Shown: piece after piece, positions 1 through 11,659 of the stretch | How positions within the stretch are numbered: the first letter of the stretch is position 1 | Layout of the letters: each line of letters begins with the position of its first letter | Source of the DNA: Octopus vulgaris | Lineage: Eukaryota | Direction: 5' to 3' | Assembly: GCA_951406725.2 (NCBI GenBank) | Contig: OX597828.1 | Coordinates: forward strand, 40,858,001 to 40,922,000 | DNA: 64,000 nucleotides | Program-made: the position numbers and the translations under genes | The notes under the pieces: generated by a model | Databases searched by the model: none | What the model was told of the DNA's origin: nothing | Seen by the model: the letters and a program-made list of their open reading frames with translations, nothing else

Positions 1-367
1 CAGTAAGATGTAATTTGAGGTAGATTTGGCTGCTGTTTGTTGCAAGCCAAGCAACTATATAGAGGCTCTTTTATTGGCTTTTTTTGTAAAAGTATTTCTT
101 GTTTAACTGGAAAGATGACAAGACGTGAGGAGAGACAGGAATGTCAAGTAATAAAAAAAAAGTGGTAATTTGCACTTTACTTGTTGAAAATTACAGACTC
201 CATTGTAGTATAACAGAAATGGACAGAAGAATCAACGTCTGTGAGTCAGTGGGTATACCTGTTGTTGTTGCTGTTAGCTCCTGGCTAGCCCTGATCCACC
301 AAACTTAACACCAAAAGTGTTCCTGCCAAGAACATTCATTTGTCTTTATTCATGCAAAGTGTATCTA

Positions 368-534
368 TAGACACAAGCATGGCTGTGTGGTAAGAAGCTT
401 GCTTCCCAATCATGTAGCTTTGGGTTCAGTCTCAGTGCATGGCACCTTGGACAAGCGTCTTCTACTATAGCCTTGGGTTGACCAAACCCTTGTGAGTGAA
501 TTTGGTAGACAAACCGACAAAAGCACATTGTATG

Positions 535-560
<26 letters not shown>
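368..560 (+). mobile_element. tRNA-derived SINE family A, 5' half
   Basis: Head TGGCTGTGTGGTAAGAAGCTTGCTTCCCAATCATG...GGTTCAGTCTC (A/B-box-like) matches more than 15 other copies in the window; runs into (TA)n. Confidence 0.8.
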
Positions 561-580
<20 letters not shown>

Positions 581-583
<3 letters not shown>

Positions 584-915
584 CTTTTATTCTTTTACTT
601 GTTTCAGTCATTTGACTGTGGCTATGCTGGAGCACCGTCTTTAGTCAAACAATTTGACCCCAGGACTTACTCTTTGTAAGCTTAGTACTTATTCTATTGG
701 TCCTTTTTGCTGAACCACTAAGTTATAGGGATGTAAACACACCAACATCGGTTGTCAAGCAATGGTGGGAAGACAAATACAGACACATAAATACATGCAC
801 ACACACACACACGTGTGTGTTTCTGTCTACCAAATCCACTTACGAGGTTTTGGTTGGCCTGAGGTTATAGTAGAAGACACTCACCCAAGGTGCCACGCAG
901 TGAGACTGAATCCAG
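581..915 (-). mobile_element. SINE family A, reverse copy (followed by a partial + copy at ~919-1070)
   Basis: Reverse complement of the family A tail (CAGTCAAATGACTGAAACAAGTAAAAGA) and body. Confidence 0.8.
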
Positions 916-1538
916 TATTGGCGTGTTTACATCCCCATAACTTGGCAGTTTGGCAAAAGTGACTGATAGAATAAATACTAGGCTTAAGAAATAAGTTCTG
1001 GGGTCATAAAAGCCTTCAAGGCAGTGCTCCAGCATGGCCACAGTCAAATGACTGAAGCAAGAAAGAGAGAGAACTATAACAAAACCATCGTATGTGTCCT
1101 TCATCCTTTTATCTTTTAAACGGCATTGCATGATTTGTAGAGTAGCAGTTGATATTTCTAGGTTGCCAAGTGACCTTGTAGGGGATTCATCATTATTAGC
1201 TCAGGTGTTTGTAGTGTGTTGTTGTGGAAAGCTTTTCCAGTTAGATGACATCAAATGCAAGCCTAAAAGCCTGCTATGGATCTCATCTACAATGTATGTG
1301 TGTGTGTTTGTTTGTATCAGAAGCAGCATCCCAGATATGTAAGCCATTACTCTAGAGTATGTACATGAAACTACATAAGATGGCTTCTTGGTTCAAAAGC
1401 CATTGGTGCAGAAGCTGGATGCTTTTAAGGTTATTCCACTTGATTTGAATGAAATGGTGCTGTGATTAGTATATTTTTCACAGTAATAGCAGCTTCTGAA
1501 ATTAAGAGAACATGTACCAAACTTTTGGAAGAGTGGTA

Positions 1539-1772
1539 AGGCGGCGAGCTGGCAGAAACGTTAGCATGTCAGGCGAAATGCGTAGCTGTATTTCGTCTGT
1601 CATTACGTTGTGGGTTCAAATTCCGCCGAGGTCGACTTTGCCTTTCATCCTTTCGGGGTCGATAAATTAAGTACCAGTTACACACTGGGTCAATGTAATT
1701 GACTTAATACCTATGTCTGTCCTTGTTTGTCCTCTCTATGTTTAGCCCCTTGTGGGTAATAAAGAAATAGGT
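1539..1772 (+). mobile_element. tRNA-derived SINE family C
   Basis: GGCGGCGAGCTGGCAGAAACGTTAGC...GGTTCAAATTCC...GACTTTGCCTTTCATCCTTTCGGGGTCGATAAATTAAGTACCAG; many copies in the window. Confidence 0.8.
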
Positions 1773-2192
1773 GAGTCTGCATATTTAAAAATTTGCTACT
1801 CTGCTTCCTGAAATCTATTTTCAGTTTCTCAAGGTTTTTTTTTTTTTTTTTTTTTCCAATCTGAGACTAAATTGGGAAATTCACCAATCTCTTTCTTTCC
1901 TAAAACGATGGTTTAGATGGATTGGGGGTGACGAATTCTCCTTAGAAATATAGAAATATTATCGTTTGGTTATATATTGACACCCTTGTTGTGATGCTGT
2001 GTCACAGAAAAAGTCTGATGAAATTGGAATACCTTTATATTATTTCACTGTGTGGTTGTGGCAGAGAGGAGAGCATAAGCAGATTAAAGGTGAATTAGTC
2101 CAATTCCGATTTTCATAAACCTGTTTCCGATCATATTTTAAACATCAATAGTACGGTAAATATCTGTCTTTCAACATTATCATTCTCATGTT

Positions 2193-2228
<36 letters not shown>

Positions 2229-2497
2229 CTGTCTATCTATCTTACCCCTCCCCCCATTGTGTTATTTGTTTTCTATTCTCATCACTTTTCTACTTTCATC
2301 CATTTTCTTCCGTTATTTTTTCTGTCTTCTTTTTCTTCTCATCCTTTTCTGTCTATCGCTTTGCCTGTCATCTTTGTCATTGTCTTGTTTGTTTTATTGT
2401 AGTTGTTGTCATTTTTATTGATGTTGCTGTTGTTCTTCTTCTCTAGTTTCACCTGAATAGAAACAAATTACAATATATCTGTTACTGTTATCATAAG

Positions 2498-2543
2498 TCA
2501 TCATCATCATCATCATCACCACCATCATCGTCGTCGTCATTGG

Positions 2544-2581
<38 letters not shown>

Positions 2582-2620
2582 CCATCATCACCATCATCAC
2601 CATCATTGTTGTTGCTATTG
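2498..2620. repeat. (ATC)n/(ACC)n trinucleotide microsatellite
   Basis: Direct reading. Confidence 0.95.
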
Positions 2621-3293
2621 TTATTCTTAGTCCCAAGCCAAGTCTGCCATTCACTTCTGATTTTATGTAAAATATTCAGCTGCACACTTGTCTCAAACAT
2701 TCCCTGAGGAAAAAAGCATGAGTGCCACAGCTTCCGTTTATTTTTCTACTAGAAAATGTTAAGTTTCAGGCTTAAGGAAGAAATTCTTTTTAATCGAAGT
2801 ATTTTCTCCCTTTTTTAATCTTTTAGTCTGGAGGGGAGGCTGTGCCTGTCACCCCTTTACAAGATGTCCAAAGAATGATGGGGAGGAGGGAAAGGAGCAA
2901 GGTATCCTCAAACCAGAAGTCTGGCTCAAATAGATCCAACAGTGTGGATGGGCCCAACAAACAGCACCCAAGGTGTTGGGCAGCAGCGTTAAAACCCAGG
3001 CCACAGATTAAGTCTACTACCCAAAATCTGAGTATGTGAGGGATGGAGAATGACCTTCACATTTGAGGACCGAATTGGAGATTATTATCATTTAATTTGG
3101 TACGTTACACTCTGGGTTCAAACCCTGCCATGACTAATTTTGACTTTACCCATTTACACACTCTGGGAGAAGGTGACAATGCCCAAGCATAGTACCTGCT
3201 CCAGTGGTTGAAACAAATAAAAGAAGCAAAAAATTCAAGTCAGTTATTACTATATCTCCCATCTTTACAAAGAAAAGTCTTGTGACTAGAAAA

Positions 3294-3542
3294 CAGGGCT
3301 GTGGAGTCGAAGCAAACAACTTCGGCTCCGACTCCTGTACCATTGGCACCTCTGACTCTGATTCCACATGATGTAAAGCATATGCATATGCTTGTACTTT
3401 AAGTAGGCCTATATGTTATAACTGGTTTATATTAAAGAATAAAGATATTGTGAGTCAGAATCAGAGTCGGTATAGTTTTACCGACTCTGACTCTGACTCC
3501 AGCTATCCCTTAATTGTTTCTGACTCTGACTCTACAGCCCTA
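3294..3542. mobile_element. hAT-type MITE
   Basis: TIRs CAGGGCTGTGGAGTC / GACTCTACAGCCCTA; perfect 8-bp TSD CTAGAAAA at 3286-3293 and 3543-3550; subterminal GACTC(C/T) hexamers. Confidence 0.85.
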
Positions 3543-3559
3543 CTAGAAAATATATTATA

Positions 3560-3600
<41 letters not shown>

Positions 3601-3644
3601 GTAATTCTATCTATTAGTATTTGTATGTCCTGGATATAACTTGA

Positions 3645-4285
3645 ACCTTTTAGCATTCAAACCAACCATATTTGGCTAAAATATTCTACTTGTTTTATGC
3701 TCAAACTGGCCAGATTCAGACTCTCACACCTACCCTAAAATGTCGTTCTAAACATATACAGTCATATCATCAAAATCTCAAAGCTACATGATAATACTTG
3801 ATTAATTCAAAACAGTGTGAATAGGCGCAGGAGTGGCTGTGTGGTAAGTAGCTTGCTAACCAACCACATGGTTCCAGGTTCAGTCCCACTGCGTGGCATC
3901 TTGAGCAAGTGTCCTCTGCTATAGCCCCGGGCCGACCAATGCCTTGTGAGTGGATTTGGTAGACGGAAACTGAAAGAAGCCTGTCGTATATATGTATATA
4001 TATATATATATAAGTGTGTGTGTATATGTTTGTGTGTCTGTGTTTGTCCCCCTAGCATTGCTTGACAACCGATGCTGGTGTGTTTACGTCCCCCGTCACT
4101 TAGCGGTTCGGCAAAAGAGACTGATAGAATAAGTACTGGGCTTACAAAGAATAAGTCCCGGGGTCGATTTGCTCAACTAAAGGCGGTACTCCAGCATGGC
4201 CACAGTCAAATGACTGAAACAAGTAAAAGAGTAAGAGTAAATAAGCATTACTTTTGACAGAATAATGTGAATGCTTAAGGGCTAA
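3645..4285 (+). mobile_element. TTAA-type MITE family D interrupted by a SINE A copy
   Basis: Homologous to the intact copy at 49180-49400; SINE A occupies ~3822-4240. Confidence 0.7.
3822..4240 (+). mobile_element. SINE family A, full length
   Basis: TAGGCGCAGGAGTGGCTGTGTGGTAAG head, internal (TA)n(TG)n, tail GACTGAAACAAGTAAAAGAG. Confidence 0.85.
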
Positions 4286-4658
4286 AACTACATACAAGTG
4301 TAGGGGCCCTGGTTTGCGAGTTTCAGGGTTTTGAAGAGTTTCGAACCACCTGTTAGCTATTATGGTCCTTAAGTATGCTCTAATCTGGAATAGTAGCACC
4401 TGTAAAATCCCCAGCTATTGGTAAATTAACATGTCATGGAATTGCCTCTGGAAGGAGGTCACTCACAGACACCCAAACAGACCCGGGACAGATGATGACC
4501 TTCAGCTCTGTTAAATGCATCACTTATTTATTGTCATTGTTTTGAATTAATCCTGTATTATCTCATAGCTTCAGGATTTTGATGATGTGATGGTTTGTTT
4601 TTAGAATGACATTGTTGGGTAGGTGTAAGAGGCTGGATCTGGCCAGTTTGAACATTAA

Positions 4659-4878
4659 CCCTTTCAGTACCAACCCGACTGAAACCGGCTCTTGCTTTGA
4701 GTACAAATGTCTTGTTTTCATAAGTTTTGAATTAAAATCTTCCACCAAACCTTAGTCACAATTTATGTTTCTAACACTAGTTGAATGATAACTAAGTTAT
4801 TCTACTAAATTCTTTGTTATATTTAACATAATTCAAAGAAACACAGAATATCTCAAAATAAATACAGTATCAAAAGGG
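4659..4878 (+). mobile_element. piggyBac-type MITE family E nested in a reverse family D copy (~4540-4928)
   Basis: TTAA-CCCTTT...AAAGGG-TTAA ends (TTAA at 4655-4658 and 4879-4882); second copy at 20842-21143. Confidence 0.8.
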
Positions 4879-5269
4879 TTAAGCAATGTTTTGGCTAGAC
4901 ATGGCTGGTTTAAATTCTGAAGGGTTAAGGTGGTGGGTTTAAAACCCACTGAGGTCAGTTTTTGGTTTTAATCTTTCCATGGTTGATGATTACCTGTCAA
5001 GTACTAGAGTTGGTTCTTTGCTGTTTCTGTTCTCTCTATCTCTGTCTGTTTGTTTGTCTTTCTCTCTCAGAATTGGCTATGATACACTGTGAAATGTTTT
5101 ATTATGAGGTGCCACTCTCTATTTCCTCTTCTTTTGTGAAGTAGGGGAGGTTTGAGCAAGGGGTTAGCAACTCAGTCTCCTCCTAGCAGACTACAAATGT
5201 TATGCAAAGACATGAGAGAACATGGCAGAGATGGATAGACCAATATACCGTACAGGACAGAACAATTAA

Positions 5270-5303
<34 letters not shown>

Positions 5304-5320
5304 CCATGTGCTTATATATA

Positions 5321-5366
<46 letters not shown>

Positions 5367-5369
<3 letters not shown>

Positions 5370-6200
5370 GCAGGAGTGGCTGTGGTGTAAGTAGCTTGCT
5401 TACCAACCACACGGTTCCGGGTTCAGTCCCACTGCGTGGCACCTTGCGAAAGTGTCGTCTACTATAGCCTCGGGCCGACCAAAGCCTTGTGAGTGGATTT
5501 GGTAGGCGGAAACTGAAAGAAGCCTGTCGTAAATATATATGTGTATATATATGTGTGTGTGTGTTTTCCCCCCAACATCGCTTGACAACCGATGCTGGTA
5601 TGTTTACGTCCCCGTTACTTAGCGGTTCGGCAAAAGAGATTGATAGAATAAGTACTAAGCTTCCAAAGAATAAGTCCTGGGGTCGATTTGCTCGACTAAA
5701 AAAGGCTGTGCTCCAGCATGGCCGCAGTCAAATGACTGAAACAAGTAAAAGAGTAAAGAGTTCGCATATAGGAGTGTCTTTACTGGTGCAGGAGTAGCAG
5801 TTTGGTAAGTAGCTTGCTTACCAACCACAGGGTCCCAGGTTCAGTCCCACTGAGTGACAACTTGGGCAAGTGTCTTCTACTATAGACTTGGGCTGACCAA
5901 AGCCTTATGAGTGGATTTGGTAGATGGAAACTGAGAGAAGCCCGTCGTATATATATATATATATATATGTATACATTTGTGTCTGTGTTTATCCCCCCAC
6001 CATTGCTTGACAACTGATGTTGGTGCGTTTACATCCCCATAACTTAGCAGTTCAGCAAAAGAGACTGATAGAATAAGCACTAGGCTTACAAAGTCCTGGG
6101 GTCGATGTGCTTGACTAAAGGCGGTGATTTGTTGATTTGTTCGACTAAAGGCGATGCTCCAGCAAGGCTGCAATCAAATGATTGAAACGAATTAAAGAAT
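5367..6200 (+). mobile_element. Two tandem SINE family A copies (~5367-5760 and ~5784-6200)
   Basis: Head, body and tail each present twice. Confidence 0.85.
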
Positions 6201-6213
6201 ATACATACATACA

Positions 6214-6317
<104 letters not shown>

Positions 6318-6583
6318 CAGATAGATTGATAGATAGATATAGTTATAGATATACAGATATATAAGTATATGTATGCATGTTTATATATATATATATATCA
6401 GCTTGAATATGCAATGTTACAATGTCTAGTTGTGTTGTCTGTAGTATCCCATGTCCGCATGACAATGTAAATGCTATCCGAATATCTGATCTTGTTTCTT
6501 TGCCAATATTGATCAGTGTTCCAATTATAATATAGACCTATATACGTGTGAGTGTATATGCATACATATATACATACAAAAAA

Positions 6584-6659
<76 letters not shown>

Positions 6660-7211
6660 AGTATATATAAATATATATAAATACATATATATGTACATAC
6701 ATACATATATACACACACATGCACTCATACACATGTATGTACGTATATATATATTTATTAATACAGTGTCTTGTATAATGTTGTATTCTGTATCTCCTCT
6801 TACCAGGACAGTGGAGAGAATATTATTCTAATATCTGTTCTTGTTTCTTTGCCAACATTGCTCAATGATCCCATTGTAATGGGAGCAATCATTGTTAGCA
6901 TTTACTATATCCATTTTATTTACAGTTCTTTTAACTTGTATGCCCTCTTGGGTGTTTTAGAATCTATACACCTCTTCCCCTCCCACCCATATATATGCAC
7001 ATACATATGCATGTGCGTTTATGTATACAGACATACATATGCATATATACATATATATATGTGTGCATGTGTATGTGTGTATGTGTATATATATGTATAT
7101 ATACACACACACACACACATACACATCTGTATATATATATATAATACAGTGTACATTTAAACACATTAAGAGGTATCCATCATAGGACTCCCTTACGCTA
7201 GAAGGAACAGC

Positions 7212-7334
7212 TAAAGTCCAAACCACTAATTAGGAATAAAATCTCGAAGGGAATGAAAAATAAAAACATTTACCATCTATTTTTAATTTTCGTTCCCTTT
7301 GAGATTTTATCCCTAATTAGTGGTTTGGACTTTA
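7212..7334. repeat. Fold-back inverted repeat with ~55-bp arms
   Basis: TAAAGTCCAAACCACTAATTAGGAATAAAATCTCGAAGGGAA... versus ...TTCCCTTTGAGATTTTATCCCTAATTAGTGGTTTGGACTTTA. Confidence 0.9.
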
Positions 7335-7351
7335 TATATATATATATATAT

Positions 7352-7795
7352 ATCTAATATAGGATAAAATTTTTTGAAAAAAATTTTATCAATGGCCAGC
7401 ATATTAAAAAATACCTTTAAAGGTTATGTCATATATGCCGAAAATAGACAAATTGTCAATAACCATATAATTTATCACTATAAACATGCATCTCGAAAGA
7501 AGCCGACAGAAATTTCTAAAAAATTCCATTACTATTGTATCGGTCCCGATTTCAGAGTTAATTCATAAGAATTTTCTTCTCATCAGCGATAAATACATAA
7601 GACATAAATGAAATACTTACTCATACCCATGGAAGAAGCAAGCACCAAGTCATGAGTAGACCTAAGTACCCCAAATATATCCAAAATAGAAAATCTCCAG
7701 CACATCTCGAGACACGTGTGATTCGAACTGAAAACTCTCACAGAGTGAGAGAGTCTGGAAGTGAACACTATTAAATTTACATCTAATATAGGATA
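7352..7795 (-). mobile_element. 429-nt non-coding hammerhead-containing element with terminal direct repeat (retrozyme-like or Penelope pseudo-LTR-like)
   Basis: 15-bp direct repeat ATCTAATATAGGATA at 7352 and 7781; internal HHR; abuts (TA)n. Confidence 0.65.
7532..7592 (-). ncRNA. Type I hammerhead ribozyme
   Basis: Minus strand: TTATCG-CTGATGA-GAAGAAAATTCTTATGAATTAACTCT-GAA-ATCGG GA CCGAT-A-CAATAG; intact CUGAUGA/GAAA core, helix III, AUA triplet; helix I has one mismatch and helix II is imperfect. Confidence 0.7.
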
Positions 7796-8091
7796 TGTAC
7801 CAGTTGTTTGATGAAATGATCACAGAGCCATGTGAAATAAAGTGCTTTGCTCAAGAACACAGCGTAATGTCCGGTCTGGGAATTGAACCCACAATCTCAC
7901 AACCATGAGTGCAACACCCTAACCACTAAGTCATGCACTTTCACTAATTGATGTGTACAGTATTATATATCCATTATGACCGATCTTACCGATCAGTTTT
8001 GCACTAGGGCTTCAATGGAGTGTTAGGTAACAGTCCGATTATGTAACTCTGTGCTCTTCAGAGATGGCAGTTATGGAATGAAATATGGCAA

Positions 8092-8130
<39 letters not shown>

Positions 8131-8139
8131 CATGTAATA

Positions 8140-8538
8140 TTTGCAAGTGAGATGTGGGCTACTACGAAGAGGCTATAACATTGATTGGTTACAATGCGAA
8201 AGGTCATGGAAAGGCCCATGCTAGGAATATCATTAACAGAACATGTTCAAAATGAGATAATTCAAGAATAGAGTGGCGTGAATGATGTGATTACAGAGTA
8301 CTGAAAGCACCAAATTCCACTGGTCCAGACACATCTAAGGGTTCACAAACAACAGGTGGACTCATGAAGTTACTGAATGGTATCCAAGAGATCAGAAAAG
8401 GCCACTTGGAAGGCTTCCACAATGATGGGAAGACCATTTAGTTAAACAATTTGGGTCATGATAGAAAAGATTAACACAAGACAGAATTGGGAGCACATTG
8501 TGACCAGTGATGTATAACAGCATATGATGGTCTGGTCA
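8140..8538 (+). pseudogene. Highly degenerate RTE LINE 3' remnant
   Basis: ASEMWAT-like codons at ~8143; 3' end CATTGTGACCAGTGATGT...GATGGTCTGGTC matches the RTE 3' end at ~17100-17160. Confidence 0.5.
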
Positions 8539-8842
8539 ATGGCACGTAAAAAGCACTATCCGAACGTGGCCGATGCCAGCGTCGCCTTGACTGGCTTCCG
8601 TGCCGGTGGCATGTAAAATGCAACAATCCGATCTTGGCCGTTGCCAGCTTCGCCTGGCACGTAAAAAGCACTCACTATACTCACGGAGTGGTTGGCGTTA
8701 GGAAGGGCATCCAGCTGTAGAAACACTGCCAGATCAGACTGGAGCCTGGTGCAGCCTTCTGGTTTCCCAGATCCCGGTCGAACCGTCCAACCCATGCTAG
8801 CATGGAGAATGGACGTTAAACGATGATGATGATGATGATGAT
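8539..8842 (+). mobile_element. Repeat family B (RTE-associated 3' UTR / bipartite element ending in (GAT)n)
   Basis: Tandem GGCACGTAAAAAGCAC units, GGCGTTAGGAAGGGCATCCAGCTGTAGAAAC, tail GGACGTTAAACGATGATG; more than 10 copies in the window. Confidence 0.75.
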
Positions 8843-9458
8843 ATATTGTGATATATATATAAAATGATATATTATATATATTATATATATTGTATATATT
8901 ATATATATTGTGATATATATAAAATGAGCTAAGAGAAGTAATGCTAACTGACAAGTGGCATGAATGTGAACAACAATGATGGGTGAAGGTTATTAAATGC
9001 TATGCATGGTTAATTCATGAGTTATTGGAATTGTCTTTGCTTTCATAGAATGTAAAACAATCACCTAAAGATGATTGGGGCCAACTCTAAATGAGAAGAG
9101 GAGATAATCTTAAGATATTACTAATACATGACATGCTAATATTTTTGTCTTTACTGCAGAAAGCAGAAACATCCACTTCAGCTTTCATTACCCTTAACTG
9201 CAGTAATCAATTTTATATATCAGTCTTGTTTCTAACTATTTTTTGTCGAGATGCTGTAAATCAAGTTTCTTGGGGCAACATGACTTGCAGAAAACACCAA
9301 CTCTATTTTTTGATTGATATTTAACATCATTTCTGGAATAAGCATGAAATTTAATTTTGCCATAAACGGGTTAATGATGATATCTGGGAGTTAACTTCCA
9401 ACGTCCTTTATGTATTGACTGATATATTCCAATTGTTGTTATGTTTCCCATACATCAT

Positions 9459-9843
9459 GGATGGAAGCACTCCGTCGGTTACAACGATGAGGGTACCGGT
9501 TGATCCGATCAAGGGAACAGCCTGCTCGTGAAATTAATGTGTAAATCGCTGAGCACTCCACAGACACGTGTACCCTTAACGTAGTTCTCAGGGATATTCA
9601 GCGTGACACAGAGAGTGACAAGGCCGGCCCTTTGAAATACAGGTACAACAGAAACAGGAAGTAAGAGTGAGAGAAAGTTGTGGTGAAAGAGTACAGTAGG
9701 GATCACCACCATCCCTGCCGAAGCCTCGTGGAGCTTTAGGCGTTTTCGCTCAATAAACACTCACAACGCCCGGTCTGGGAATCGAAACCGCGATCCTACG
9801 ACCGCGAGTCCGCTGCCCTAACCACTGGGCCATTGCGCCTCCA
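9459..9843 (-). mobile_element. tRNA-derived SINE family F, full length with TSD
   Basis: Head TGGAGGCGCAATGGCCCAGTGGTTAGGGCAGCGG...GGTTTCGATTCCC (A and B boxes); 12-bp TSD CCCATACATCAT at 9447 and 9844. Confidence 0.9.
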
Positions 9844-10162
9844 CCCATACATCATACACTGTATTGCAATAATTTGTGTCTCTACCGTCTTTTTTATTAC
9901 TTACGTTACTCTTCTCACTTAACGCATATTCATGAGAATATACCCACCATCTTTTCTGTCTCTCTCTCAAAACATATTTTTATTTAGCTTTTAAAGGTAT
10001 AGGTATGTCTGTGTGGTTAAGAAGGTTACTTTGCAGTCACGTGGTTTCAGGTTCAGTCCCGCTGCACAGCACCTTGGCCGGGTATCTTCTACTATAGCTC
10101 TCGACTGATCAATGCCTTGTGAGTGAATCTGGTAGAATGGAAACTATGTAGAAACCTGTTCC

Positions 10163-10194
<32 letters not shown>

Positions 10195-10768
10195 CTTTGT
10201 GCTTTTCCACACCACCACTTGACAAACGGTGTTAGTTTGTTTAGCAAAAGAAGCCAGTAGAATAAGTATTGAACTTTAAAAAAATAAATAAGTATTGGGG
10301 TCATTTTGTTTGACCGATCCCTTCAAAGTGGTGCCCACAATCTTATGACTGAAACAAGTACAAGATATAAGATATAAGCGATAGGACATCCAGAGATGTG
10401 GTTGACTGTTTTTGTCACATTGCTCATAGAACCTACATTTAGGATCAATCCACCCACCCCATCGTATTCTTTTTTTTTTTCGTATGTTTCTGTTTCAGTG
10501 TCTTTGTTGTAATGAATGTATCTAGTAACCAGTATGAGATCTTGGACTGCCACCAGCATTAACACTGCTGTTACTACTACTATTGCTGCTGTTGTTGTTT
10601 TTATTTTATAGAATTTAGCTCAGCCCTGACTAAACAGACCTATTACAAATATAAAAAAGGACAGCAAAAAGCCCCATTCCAATTGTAAGCAGCCCATCTT
10701 TATTTTTAGGTATTACATTATTCGATGCATTCTTCCTTTTCAAAGATGATTGAGTGCAATATATATAT

Positions 10769-10902
10769 CAGTTTAAACGAAAGCTAATACAACAGTTTAA
10801 ATCGAAGCTATTGGAATAGTTTGAATGCTTGCTAATAATAGAACCGTTTAAGCCAAAATCTGATAGAATAATTTAACCCAAAGCTGATAGAACAATTTAA
10901 AC
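10769..10902. repeat. Degenerate ~24-bp minisatellite, 5-6 units
   Basis: Recurring CAGTTTAAAC(G)AAAGCTAATAGAA-like unit. Confidence 0.65.
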
Positions 10903-11232
10903 CCCTTCCTCCCAAACCAATAAAAGATAACAAATTTTATCAATAATCTTGAAAAATATATGATTATTACTAAAACAAAAATAACTTTACTGTTAGCAAA
11001 GACCAGAATGAAGATGCTGCCAATGAAAAGGACAGCAAGACTGCCAAATTCCAGAGGGTGATTGTTGGTATCACTGTGTGATAGATAGGTTAGCCAAATC
11101 AGAAACTAGAAATAGGAAAGGAATCTCAATGGAGACAAGCCTTCAGGGCAAAAGAGGTGAAGAATCATTCAGGAGTAGTAAACGTTCTCATCCAAATTTC
11201 CCTCTCCCCTACCTGTCCACCTGCTGCTGCTG

Positions 11233-11296
<64 letters not shown>

Positions 11297-11497
11297 AATA
11301 TTTGTTCCAGCTCTTTATGTTCTGAGTTCAAATTCAGCCAACTTTTCTTTCGTCCTTATCACATACCTTGTTGTCTGCTGGGTATGCTATATCTATGATT
11401 CAGCATCGTTTGCTTTCTTTCTCAATTAACACTATATCTGGTTTCCTATTCTCTATCTCATGGTCACACTGAATCATAAAATCCCATAGGACCTTTG

Positions 11498-11558
<61 letters not shown>

Positions 11559-11561
<3 letters not shown>

Positions 11562-11657
11562 TAGTCTTATATTTATAACATGCTTTCACTGCACTACCGA
11601 GCACAGCTCTGTGTGCCTTGGGTATGTTCTGAAGTTTGTCATGATGCTCTTATATTA
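11559..11657 (-). mobile_element. 3' UTR remnant of the Dong/R4-like element, abutting (TTA)n
   Basis: Reverse match to 24845-24943 (CCCAAGGCACACAGAGCTG.GCTCGGTAGTG.AGTGAAAGCA...CTACTG). Confidence 0.8.
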
Positions 11658-11659
11658 CC

